A DNA stretch of 29,139 bases from Candidatus Coatesbacteria bacterium (GTDB taxonomy: Bacteria; JAFGND01): NCBI GenBank assembly GCA_016927185.1, contig JAFGND010000065.1:1-29139 (forward strand), read 5' to 3'. This document shows, piece by piece, positions 8,645 through 17,652 of the stretch (position 1 is its first letter; each line of letters opens with the position of its first letter). Below the pieces are notes generated by a model that was not told the DNA's origin, did no database searches, and saw nothing but the letters and a program-made list of their open reading frames with translations. The translations under genes were made by a program, and so were the position numbers.

Positions 8645-9079
8645 ATGAAAGAACTTCTGAAAAAAGGATACATTCCTATTCAATTGAAAAAAAACAGGTT
8701 AGGGCATTTCCTTATTCCAGTCAAAATAAAAAACAGAAGATTTGATTTTATTCTGGATACAGGTGCAACAGCTACTTGCCTGGATAGAGATCTGATATAT
8801 ATACTTGATTTCAAAAAGAGCTCTAAAAAGGATCCTCAAGCTCAGGGATTGGGAGGAAGCGTTGCAGCAGAGATTATCAATTTATCTTTAGTCAGTATAG
8901 GGGAAATAGATATCAGTTCAATAAATGTCGCTTTGATTGATTTGACTTCTGTTAAGCAAGCATGTGAACTAAAGAAGGCAAAAACCATTCAGGGGATTAT
9001 TGGAGTGGATTTGCTGGAGAGATGTAAAGCTGTGATAGATTGGGCTAACAAGACTATCTGGTTGAAGCAGACTACTTAA
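8645..9079 (+). CDS. Retropepsin-like (clan AA) aspartic protease
   Basis: GHFLIPVKI, FILDTGA catalytic motif, GLGG flap, GIIGVDLL. SD AAGGA. No signal peptide. Confidence 0.85.
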   Translation: MKELLKKGYIPIQLKKNRLGHFLIPVKIKNRRFDFILDTGATATCLDRDLIYILDFKKSSKKDPQAQGLGGSVAAEIINLSLVSIGEIDISSINVALIDLTSVKQACELKKAKTIQGIIGVDLLERCKAVIDWANKTIWLKQTT

Positions 9080-10613
9080 AAAGTGATTTCTTGCGCCTTT
9101 GTCTGTGAAAAGCTACTGCAAAACGGTGAGCCTCATCTCTTATTCTCTGCAGCAATTGAAGACCAGGATTATCAAGCGATAATTTTATTGGATTAACCTT
9201 GTCTATTCTGTAAATCATTTCCTCCTCTTTTGCAAGAGATATAACATTAATATTAGATAATCTCTCTTTAAGAGATTTGTAAATTTCTCTAAGCTGTGGT
9301 TTACCGCCATCAATAACTAAAAGATCTGGTTCATCCTGGCTTCTTGAGAATCTTCTGTCCAAAACTTCAACAAGACTCTGGAAATCGTTTTGCCCTTCAA
9401 CTGTCTTTATTTTATACTTCCTGTATTGCTCTTTCAAGGGATGACCATAATAAAACACAACCCTGGAAGCAACTGTCTCAAAGCCTTGTAATGTAGATAT
9501 ATCATAACATTCAATAGTTGCAGGGAGTTTTGTCAAATTGAGGCTGTCCTTAAGTTTTTTCAGCACTGTCAAACCAAGTTTCTCAAAAGCATTCTTCTCA
9601 ACAAGGGAAAGAAGTTTTTTCTTATATCCCCTCTTAGGAATTGTTATGATAAGCTTTCCTGAGCATTGTTTTTCGAGATAAATCTTAACAACTTCCTCAA
9701 TTTCATTTCCGATTACGATCTCTTCAGGAATAGTATGAGTAGTATAATACTGAATAAGGAAATCATCAAGTGAATCTACTTCCATTCTGAATAAATAATG
9801 TTTCCCCGCCTGGAGAACTCCTCTTTTAACCTGGAATACCATTGCTATGCTAACAGGACCTTTAAGATAGATTACAAAGTCTTTATCAGATCCTTTTGGT
9901 CTGATTACTTTTTGTTTGTCTTTTGCTGTTTCCAAAGCTTCTAACTGCTTCTGAAATAGTAAAGCTTTTTCATATTCTAAATTGGCTGAAGCTTTGTCTC
10001 TTTCTTCAATAAGAACTTTCTTTAGATCCTCTTTACCTCCTGTAAGAATTTGCTTTGCTTTTTTAACATATTCATTATAGGTTTCTTCCGAGACTTTATT
10101 AACACAAGGAGCACAGCATTTTCCCAGACTGAGGTTTATGCAAGCTTTAGACGAAAGTATATTACAAGTTCTGAATTTAAATAAGCTGTAGATAAGAGAT
10201 AGTAATCCTTTTCTTGTATCAGAATTAGGATAAGGACCATAAAATGTATCTTTGCTATTTGTGGAAAATGAACTTAGAATTCTTGGGAATTTCTCGTTTG
10301 TTATTTTTATATATGCATACCTGTTTCCTTCTCTTAGGCTAATATTATAAGGTGGTTTATGCTTCTGTATCAATTCTGATTCAAGTAATAGTGCTTCCCA
10401 TTCATTATCAGTTATTATATATTCGATTCTATGAATTCTTTTTACGAGATGTCTTGTTTTTTCATCAACTTTATTCTCTGTGAAATAAGATGCTACCCTT
10501 TTGTCTATTCTCTTTGCTTTTCCTATGTAAAGGAGTAATTCATTATTATCATAGTATAGATAACAGCCTGAGCAAGAGGGTGGAGGATAATCATTCAAGA
10601 TATTTTTATTCAT
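9072..10613 (-). CDS. uvrC: Excinuclease ABC subunit C, lacking the C-terminal HhH domain
   Basis: GIY-YIG (GCY..YIGKAK), Cys cluster, UVR coiled coil, IECYDIS, IDGGKPQ, RIRDEAHRFA. Confidence 0.93.
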   Translation of the reverse strand: MNKNILNDYPPPSCSGCYLYYDNNELLLYIGKAKRIDKRVASYFTENKVDEKTRHLVKRIHRIEYIITDNEWEALLLESELIQKHKPPYNISLREGNRYAYIKITNEKFPRILSSFSTNSKDTFYGPYPNSDTRKGLLSLIYSLFKFRTCNILSSKACINLSLGKCCAPCVNKVSEETYNEYVKKAKQILTGGKEDLKKVLIEERDKASANLEYEKALLFQKQLEALETAKDKQKVIRPKGSDKDFVIYLKGPVSIAMVFQVKRGVLQAGKHYLFRMEVDSLDDFLIQYYTTHTIPEEIVIGNEIEEVVKIYLEKQCSGKLIITIPKRGYKKKLLSLVEKNAFEKLGLTVLKKLKDSLNLTKLPATIECYDISTLQGFETVASRVVFYYGHPLKEQYRKYKIKTVEGQNDFQSLVEVLDRRFSRSQDEPDLLVIDGGKPQLREIYKSLKERLSNINVISLAKEEEMIYRIDKVNPIKLSLDNPGLQLLQRIRDEAHRFAVAFHRQRRKKSLFK

Positions 10614-10615
10614 TT

Positions 10616-10646
10616 AAAAAAAGAAGCGCCTTACTAAAAGACGCTT
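10616..10646 (-). terminator. Rho-independent terminator after the ytfJ-like gene
   Basis: Minus strand AAGCGTCTT-TTAGT-AAGGCGCTT (9-bp stem, one G-U) followed by C and T7. Confidence 0.7.
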
Positions 10647-10673
10647 TGATAATTCTCCTACAAAAAACTATGA

Positions 10674-11057
10674 TTAGTCTTCATCTTCTTCGATTTTCGT
10701 ATCTTCAGAAGGAGTAGATGCAGAATTGAAACCTGGTAATTGGCTCATTACTGCTGGCACTAAATCTATGATTTTATTAAGCAGAGTACTTTTGTCTTCT
10801 GTACTCAGGATTTCAATTCTATCCTTTTGTTGAACTATAAATGCCATTGGTTGTACAACCAAACCTCCACCAGCTCCACTTCCTTCTCCCTCATCACCAC
10901 GATATCCTCCACCAGCTCCAAAACCTAAGATTATCTTGCTTATTGGAACAACTTTTGAATTTCCCAAATCAATTGCATCTCCAACGACAGTTTCTGTCTT
11001 CGCAATCTTGGAAATTTCTCCCAGCATGTCTTTAATTACTTCTTGAGTCGATGACAT
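10674..11057 (-). CDS. YtfJ/GerW-family protein
   Basis: KTETVVGDAI..VVPISKI..GFGAGGG..GAGGGLVVQPMAFIV. Strong SD AAGGAGG. Confidence 0.85.
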   Translation of the reverse strand: MSSTQEVIKDMLGEISKIAKTETVVGDAIDLGNSKVVPISKIILGFGAGGGYRGDEGEGSGAGGGLVVQPMAFIVQQKDRIEILSTEDKSTLLNKIIDLVPAVMSQLPGFNSASTPSEDTKIEEDED

Positions 11058-11462
11058 AGTTATTACCTCCTTAGAATATTCCTTATTTTGCTATAGTTTT
11101 TCAGTTTAAATATGTTTTTTTTGTCAAGGTCTAAAGGAGTTTTTGATTAACAAGCTGCTTCAGAATAAATAGTATCTTATTCTGCATTTTGCCAGAAATA
11201 TCAATAAATAGTTATTTTACGAGGGAAAAAGATAGTAAAAAGAATATTTTGAATACTTATTCATCCCTGTTATAAAACAGATGGAAGTGATAGGATCACA
11301 GGTAGTAAAGCATTTATAAATGATCAAGTTTATTTATCTTGAAGATTAAGAGTTTATTTTTTTAAAACGAAGAATAATAAATAATTACTATAAAAGTATT
11401 GACATAGATTTACTGATAAAAAGCCATAACCGATAGGTTAATATTTAGGTCAGGAGGTTATA

Positions 11463-12638
11463 ATGTTACCAACATATCTAGCAAAATGGATGTCGCGTCT
11501 TGGCACAGAAAATGCTTTTGTTGTATTAGCTAAAGCAAGGGAACTTGAGGCAAAGGGTAAGGAAGTAATTCATCTGCAAATAGGTGAGCCCGATTTTGAT
11601 ACTCCATCAAATATTATAGCTGCAGCAAAAAAGGCCTTAGATGATGGATTTACACATTATGGTCCTTCAGCTGGTTTACCTATATTGAGAGAAGCAATCT
11701 GTAAAGAAATGAAGAAAACAAGAAATCTTGATGTCAAACCTGATCAGGTAGTTATAGCTCCTGGTGGTAAGCCAATAATGTTTTATACAATGATGACTTT
11801 GATTGATCCGGGAGATGAGGTAATAATTCCGAATCCAGGATATCCAATCTATGAAAGTGTTGCTAATTATGTTGGCGCTAAAGTGATTCCCCTGCCACTT
11901 CTGGAAGAGAAAGACTTCAGATTTGATCCAGATGTTATAACAAAACTGGTTAATGAAAAGACAAAACTTATAGTTGTTAATTCACCACAGAATCCAACAG
12001 GAGGGATTCTTACAAAAGAAGACCTGAAAGTAATAGCTGATTTGGCAATCAAATATGACTGCTGGATATTAGCTGATGAAATATACAGTCACATGGTATA
12101 TGAAGGCAAATTCGAGACAATAACTCAGTTCAATGGATTGCCAGAAAGAACTATACTCCTTGATGGTTTTTCCAAGACATATGCAATGACAGGATGGAGA
12201 ATGGGTTATGGAGTAATGCCTAAAGAACTAGCTTCCTATATGACTCAGCTTCAAACAAATGTTGTATCTCATACTGCATCATTTATTCAGATAGCTGGCG
12301 TAGAAGCCCTTTCCGAAAGGACAGATAATGCAGTCAATAAAATGGTAGATGAATTCAAGAAAAGAAGGGAAGTTATAGTAGCAGGCCTTAACAGAATTCC
12401 CAAAATCCATTGTTGCATGCCACATGGTGCTTTTTATGTTTTCCCGAATATATCCGCTTATGGCATTGATGAGCAAACCTTTGCAGATAGACTTCTCAAT
12501 GAAGGAGGAGTTGCGGGTTTATCTGGGACAAGTTTTGGACAATACGGTAAAGGTTTCATAAGATTATCTTATGCTAATAGTATAGAAAATATTAATAAGG
12601 CTTTGAACAAAATAGAGGATTTCGTTAAGAAAATATAA
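11463..12638 (+). CDS. PLP-dependent class I/II (aspartate-type) aminotransferase
   Basis: IGEPDFDTP, NSPQNPTG, DEIY, SKTYAMTGWRMG (PLP lysine), GAFYVFP. SD AGGAGG. Confidence 0.93.
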   Translation: MLPTYLAKWMSRLGTENAFVVLAKARELEAKGKEVIHLQIGEPDFDTPSNIIAAAKKALDDGFTHYGPSAGLPILREAICKEMKKTRNLDVKPDQVVIAPGGKPIMFYTMMTLIDPGDEVIIPNPGYPIYESVANYVGAKVIPLPLLEEKDFRFDPDVITKLVNEKTKLIVVNSPQNPTGGILTKEDLKVIADLAIKYDCWILADEIYSHMVYEGKFETITQFNGLPERTILLDGFSKTYAMTGWRMGYGVMPKELASYMTQLQTNVVSHTASFIQIAGVEALSERTDNAVNKMVDEFKKRREVIVAGLNRIPKIHCCMPHGAFYVFPNISAYGIDEQTFADRLLNEGGVAGLSGTSFGQYGKGFIRLSYANSIENINKALNKIEDFVKKI

Positions 12639-12640
12639 AG

Positions 12641-12669
12641 ATAGACTCACTGAATAGTGAGTCTATTTT
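12641..12669 (+). terminator. Rho-independent terminator after the aminotransferase
   Basis: Perfect 11-bp stem ATAGACTCACT-GAAT-AGTGAGTCTAT followed by TTT, starting 2 nt after the stop. Confidence 0.8.
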
Positions 12670-12748
12670 AAAGACTTGAAATGTGTCAAGATATTACTTA
12701 TGAATAGTCTGTTTTTTCAGGTAATATAATGAACAGATTTTAATTAAA

Positions 12749-13615
12749 ATGCAGAATAACTATCTGAATAAAATATTGAATGGTAATACTTTTGACATAC
12801 TCAAAGAAATTCCTGATGAGATAGTAGATCTTGGTATCACATCACCACCATACAACAAGGGAGAAAACAAGAAAGGCTGGCTTGTAAAGAATGTTAAGTA
12901 TTCCAGTTCATCTGATAAAATGAACGAGGAAGAATACCAGGAAGATCAGATTAAAGTACTTAATGAGCTTTATAGAATAGTTAAATCAGGTGGTTCCTTT
13001 TTTTATAATCATAAAATAAGGTGGGAGAAGGGGAATCTAATTCATCCAATTGACTGGTTAAGGAAAACTGAATGGATTGTCAGACAAGAAATAATATGGG
13101 ATAGAATGATAGCAGCAAATATAAGAGGTTGGAGATTCTGGCAAGTTGATGAAAGGATTTACTGGCTGTATAAACCTATCGCTGGAAACAGAATAGGTAA
13201 GGAATTGAACGCAAAACATGCACTTTTAACTTCAATATGGAGGTTTCCACCTGAAAAGAAAAATCCTCACCCAGCTCCATTTCCATTATCACTGCCAGTA
13301 AGAGTTATTAATTCAATCTTGCATGAAGAAAGAGGAGTTATTATTGATCCATATAGTGGTAGTGGTACAACCTTGGTTGCTGCTAGAATACTTGGACATG
13401 ATTATATTGGAATAGACATATCAAAAGATTATATTAGCATCGCAAATAAAAGAATTAAAAACTCTGAACTTGAAGTGAAAATAGCTGAATTAGAGAAGGA
13501 AAAGCATAAAGTGAGAAAAACATTTTCAGACAGAAAAATGAAAGGAGATTTTACTGGAAAACATAGAATTAACTCTAAAAGCATTTCAGTTATCAAGAAA
13601 GACTTGCAGCAATAA
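12749..13615 (+). CDS. Site-specific DNA amino-methyltransferase (N4C/N6A, beta class)
   Basis: TSPPY (motif IV) precedes HPAPFP and DPYSGSGTT (motif I). GIDIS. Confidence 0.9.
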   Translation: MQNNYLNKILNGNTFDILKEIPDEIVDLGITSPPYNKGENKKGWLVKNVKYSSSSDKMNEEEYQEDQIKVLNELYRIVKSGGSFFYNHKIRWEKGNLIHPIDWLRKTEWIVRQEIIWDRMIAANIRGWRFWQVDERIYWLYKPIAGNRIGKELNAKHALLTSIWRFPPEKKNPHPAPFPLSLPVRVINSILHEERGVIIDPYSGSGTTLVAARILGHDYIGIDISKDYISIANKRIKNSELEVKIAELEKEKHKVRKTFSDRKMKGDFTGKHRINSKSISVIKKDLQQ

Positions 13616-13665
13616 ATGATAATAAGTTTTTATTCTTGTTCTACTCAAACTAGTGAGATTTCTTT

Positions 13666-13996
13666 ATGAAGACAATTATTCTTCTATTGTTATCCAATGT
13701 TTTTATGACTTTTGCATGGTATGGACATTTGAAATTCAAGGAATCTCCCATCTGGATTGTAATTCTTGAAGCTGGGGGATGGTTTTTTTGAATACTGTCT
13801 TCAAGTACCTGCCAATCGATATGGTCATACACAGTTTAATGCAACCCAGCTCAAGACAATTCAAGAAGTAATCAGCCTTTTTGTTTTCAGCTTGTTTTCA
13901 GTACTATATCTGGGTGAAAAATTCAAATGGAATTATCTAGTTGGTTTCCTGTTGATAACAGGAGCAATATTTTTCATTTTTAAGGATTGGAACTAA
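13666..13996 (+). pseudogene. DMT-superfamily small membrane protein (DUF486/DMT_6-like), frameshifted
   Basis: ATG 13666 gives MKTIILLLLSNVFMTFAWYGHLKFK..IWIVIL and stops at TGA 13789. The rest (FFEYCLQVPANRYG..QLKTIQEVISL..) is in the +1 frame. Confidence 0.8.
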
Positions 13997-15097
13997 TCAT
14001 CTCAACTTTAAGGCAGATAATCCAATTATCATTAATACAGCAGATATCATCCATAATCTAACCACTACTTTCACTTCTGCCTGACCTCTGTATTGTAAAG
14101 AATGGTGCATTGGGGACATTGGAATTATTCGTCGTCCTAGAAATTTGATAGAAACCATCTGAAGAAGAACACTCAAAGCTTCAGCCAGGAATATTCCTCC
14201 TGCAATTGGTAATAACAACTCCTGTTTTACAAGTATTGCAAAAATCCCAAGTAGTGCCCCTAAGGTTATGCTGCCTACATCACCCATGAAAATCTGAGCA
14301 GGATATGCATTAAACCATAAGAAACCAGCTGCTGCTCCTAATATGGCTGCGGCTGGAATAATAAGTTCACCTATATTTGGAATATAAGTAAATTGGAGAT
14401 AGGAAGCTATCTTGATATTACCAAGTACGTATGCGAATACTCCCAGTACCATCATTGTAGTCATCACGGGCACTATGGCCAAACCATCCAAGCCGTCTGC
14501 AAAGTTTACTGCATTACTCATTGAGGTTATTACAAATGCTACCCAGAAGATATATGCTATTCCTATATAAAGATTAACACTCTTCACAAATGGAAACCAT
14601 AAAGTACCTCTGAGGTCTTGTTGAAATGGAGAACCCCATTTAAGTAAAATAATTCCTATTATTAACCCAAAAATTATCTGACCGAGAAGCTTATACTTTC
14701 TTGCTAATCCAATTTTCTGATTATCTCCTATACATAGAAAGTCATCATACGCTCCAAGCAATCCAAATGGAATAATTGACCATATAATGAACTGAGTAAA
14801 CCTGTTCAAGAGATTGCCCCATAATAATATTGAAACAATAACTGATACAAGAAGCAGTAATCCTCCCATTGTGGGAGTTCCTTTCTTGAATGATGTATCT
14901 ACTTGTAATATATCTCTATTAATATCACTTATATGATGTCTTTTTAACCATCTTATGAAATATGGAGCTATTATCAAATAGATAAAAAAACCTGTTATCA
15001 GTGCTCCTATTGATCTTACTGAAAGATATCTAAATATTCTCAGGAAACTTAATGTAGTTTCAGGATCATAGAAGAATTTGTAAAAGTAATAGAACAT
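13997..15097 (-). CDS. mraY: Phospho-N-acetylmuramoyl-pentapeptide transferase
   Basis: KKGTPTMGG, YDD, NAVNFADGLDG, WFNAYPAQIFMGDVGS, many TM segments. Confidence 0.93.
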   Translation of the reverse strand: MFYYFYKFFYDPETTLSFLRIFRYLSVRSIGALITGFFIYLIIAPYFIRWLKRHHISDINRDILQVDTSFKKGTPTMGGLLLLVSVIVSILLWGNLLNRFTQFIIWSIIPFGLLGAYDDFLCIGDNQKIGLARKYKLLGQIIFGLIIGIILLKWGSPFQQDLRGTLWFPFVKSVNLYIGIAYIFWVAFVITSMSNAVNFADGLDGLAIVPVMTTMMVLGVFAYVLGNIKIASYLQFTYIPNIGELIIPAAAILGAAAGFLWFNAYPAQIFMGDVGSITLGALLGIFAILVKQELLLPIAGGIFLAEALSVLLQMVSIKFLGRRIIPMSPMHHSLQYRGQAEVKVVVRLWMISAVLMIIGLSALKLR

Positions 15098-15099
15098 TC

Positions 15100-15828
15100 T
15101 TATTCTCCTAGTTTTTTCATTATTTCAATATAAGTCATACTTAAAGGAGATTTAGCTATTAGATCTTTGCAACTCAAATCCATATCCCTGATAATATTTT
15201 TAAGAGGAAAAGGTTCTTTCAGAAATAAATCATACATTGCAAGAAGTGTTTTCTCCCTTACTTTCCAATTACTGTCTTCCAGTAAATCACTGAATAATGG
15301 CAGAATTTGCTGAATTGGTTTTATTTTAGTGAGTGCTCCTGGAAGCTGCATTTTAACTTCGAAATGTCTCTCTTTTAATCTATCCTTTTTCCAGAATGAG
15401 TTCAAGAAAGGTTCCCAGAGATCTTCAAAGCCAAAATGTGACAGAAACTGTACTGCCTCGCGTCTTACTTCCCAGTAGTCACTAATAAAAGCAGATTTTG
15501 CAAGTTCTATTGCTTGCTGAGGAGGTTTCCGGATAGATCTGATTATTTTCAAAAATTGAGCTTTTTCCATTGATGCGAAAGAGGTTTTTGGAAGGTTTTC
15601 TGCATATTTGACTATTAATCTAGGATTTAGTTTTCTTTTCAAAACACGCAATATTGTCCATCTTACTTGCCAGTATTCATTTATGATAAGTTCTTCTATT
15701 ACATCCCAGTCTTCATAAGTAAATTCGTTGTTTTTTTCTGCCTTGTTAAAGTAGCTTTTTGCTTTCTTCAGATCATCCTTACCTTTTCTGGATAGATACA
15801 TTTTTATGGAATTGAATAAAACAGACAA
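15100..15828 (-). CDS. HEAT-repeat protein
   Basis: Repeated YWQVRW / YWEVRREAV / HFEVKMQ / NWKVREK units. TTG start after GAGAGG (start uncertain). Confidence 0.7.
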   Translation of the reverse strand: MSVLFNSIKMYLSRKGKDDLKKAKSYFNKAEKNNEFTYEDWDVIEELIINEYWQVRWTILRVLKRKLNPRLIVKYAENLPKTSFASMEKAQFLKIIRSIRKPPQQAIELAKSAFISDYWEVRREAVQFLSHFGFEDLWEPFLNSFWKKDRLKERHFEVKMQLPGALTKIKPIQQILPLFSDLLEDSNWKVREKTLLAMYDLFLKEPFPLKNIIRDMDLSCKDLIAKSPLSMTYIEIMKKLGE

Positions 15829-15830
15829 AA

Positions 15831-16961
15831 CTAACCTCTCACTGTTTGTACAGATTCCCTTGAAATAATTGTTACTGCCTTTTCCTTAAGTTGCAGTTTT
15901 AGCAGTCCAAGTTTCATATTTTGAATTATTTCATCATTCGAAATTATATTCCTTAATGAATAAGATAATTGTTGATAATCAAGATCCTTCTCCTTTATGA
16001 CCATGCAACCATTAACTGATTTAAGCAATTCAGCATTCTTTGACTGATGATTATGTTTTGCGCCTTCCCATGGGATCAGGATAGAAGGTTTGCAAAGACT
16101 TACTAATTCAGCAATAGTGGAACCTCCAGCTCTTGAAATAATCAAGTCAGATAGAGCATATAAATGATTCATCTCTTTTACATAAGGAACAAGATGCAAC
16201 CTTATGTTCTTTGGCAACTCCTGTTTTTTTATCTCGTTAAAATATCTTTCTCCAGTAATCTGTATGAATTGGAGTTTTTCTACCATACTTTCATCTTCAT
16301 CAAAAATTAAAAGCATTTTCAATAGAGTTTTGTTTAACACAAGAGAACCAAGAGAACCTCCCAGAATAACCACTGTTTTCTTGGATGGTGACAAATGCCA
16401 TCTTTTTATAAAATACTCTTTTATCCCCTCGATAAGGCTTTCCCTGAAGATAAAACCGACATGAATTGGAGAAGCATGCTTGAAGATCTTTCCTTCGGGA
16501 TTTTCAAAACAGGTAAATAGTCTTGAACTCCATCTTGAAAATATGCGGTTTGTTTGACCAAAAAGCGAATCCAGTTCTATAAGGCAAAATGGTATACCTA
16601 AAGTCTTTGCAGCTAATATAATCGGTGCAGAAATATAACTTCCAAAGCTTATCACAAGCTCAACTTTTTTATTTTTCAGGAATTTTCTAGCTCTTAGAAC
16701 ATCTATACCAGAAAACCATTTTATCCAGTTTTTTACAAGTTTCTGGGGATGCTTCCAATCGCTGGATAATGCATCTACTGGAAGTCCCTTATAGTAGTAA
16801 CCCATGGAAGGGATTATCTTGCTATCCAGCCTATTCATTGTTCCCATGAAATATAGTTTTACGGCATCTCCATAGAATGATGAAAACTCTTCTGCTAATG
16901 CAATAGAGGGATAAATATGTCCTCCTGTCCCTCCACTAACTAAAACAATTTTGGTAGGCAT
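15831..16961 (-). CDS. murG: Lipid I N-acetylglucosamine transferase (GT28)
   Basis: SGGTGGHIYP, GGSLGS, ISRAGGSTIAE, HQSKNA. Confidence 0.88.
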   Translation of the reverse strand: MPTKIVLVSGGTGGHIYPSIALAEEFSSFYGDAVKLYFMGTMNRLDSKIIPSMGYYYKGLPVDALSSDWKHPQKLVKNWIKWFSGIDVLRARKFLKNKKVELVISFGSYISAPIILAAKTLGIPFCLIELDSLFGQTNRIFSRWSSRLFTCFENPEGKIFKHASPIHVGFIFRESLIEGIKEYFIKRWHLSPSKKTVVILGGSLGSLVLNKTLLKMLLIFDEDESMVEKLQFIQITGERYFNEIKKQELPKNIRLHLVPYVKEMNHLYALSDLIISRAGGSTIAELVSLCKPSILIPWEGAKHNHQSKNAELLKSVNGCMVIKEKDLDYQQLSYSLRNIISNDEIIQNMKLGLLKLQLKEKAVTIISRESVQTVRG

Positions 16962-17644
16962 CAGAAATTAATCTGTGGTCCTATCTGCATCAATACTCCA
17001 GACAAATCTATTTCTGGATCTTCCATATTTTTCGGAATACCAGCTCCTTTTTTTATCAATCCAGGTGGGATTTTTGCATACAAGTAATTGCATCTTAATG
17101 ATATTGCAAAGGCTGGTTTATATCTATATTCCAGACCTAATCCAAATACGCCGATAGGTGAATAAGCTCTCCACTCATAGATTTTTCTAATCCCGTTTTC
17201 TCTATACCCACTGTCTTCAATATAATCTGCAAATACTATTCCAGAGCCAATTTTAAAAGAGGAGAAATATTTATTTGAAAGTTTAATTTTCCTCTCTATA
17301 AATATTTGTGTAATATCAGAATCTATTTCTATTTTAGTTGAGAATTGCTCATCCTTGGCAAAACCTGATACTGCAAAATCAGCACTACCTATTTCTACTC
17401 CTGCTTGCCATTTATGATCATGAACATATCTGAAACTACCTGTAATCATTATTTTACCAGAGAAATTGTCAAAATCTCCTTCTGATTGCCATTTGTTATC
17501 AATGCTTGTCAGAAATGGATAATAGTAACTTAAAAAAGCGGTAGCTCCAAATGGCAATTTTGGCCAATCGCTCTCTTCTTCCTTTATATCATTTGCAAGG
17601 ATAAAAGATGAGTAAAGGACTATCAAAAACATTGTTTTTTTCAT
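16961..17644 (-). CDS. Outer-membrane beta-barrel protein
   Basis: Signal peptide MKKTMFLIVLYSSFILA after SD AAGGAG (ATG 17644). Alternating strands (GLGLEYRY) and a C-terminal Phe (IGPQINF). Confidence 0.65.
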   Translation of the reverse strand: MKKTMFLIVLYSSFILANDIKEEESDWPKLPFGATAFLSYYYPFLTSIDNKWQSEGDFDNFSGKIMITGSFRYVHDHKWQAGVEIGSADFAVSGFAKDEQFSTKIEIDSDITQIFIERKIKLSNKYFSSFKIGSGIVFADYIEDSGYRENGIRKIYEWRAYSPIGVFGLGLEYRYKPAFAISLRCNYLYAKIPPGLIKKGAGIPKNMEDPEIDLSGVLMQIGPQINF

Positions 17645-17652
17645 ATTACTCC

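Noticed and set aside
10674-11057. YtfJ/GerW as evidence of sporulation
   Set aside because: The family also occurs in non-sporulating organisms, and no other sporulation gene is present.
11058-11462. Riboswitch, sRNA or small gene in the 400-bp divergent intergenic region
   Set aside because: Only TTGACA hexamers (11127 minus, 11399 plus) and very short ORFs were seen. No recognisable aptamer, although an Rfam scan was not possible.
13766-13996. The 76-aa ORF as an independent gene
   Set aside because: It is the 3' half of the frameshifted DMT gene starting at 13666.
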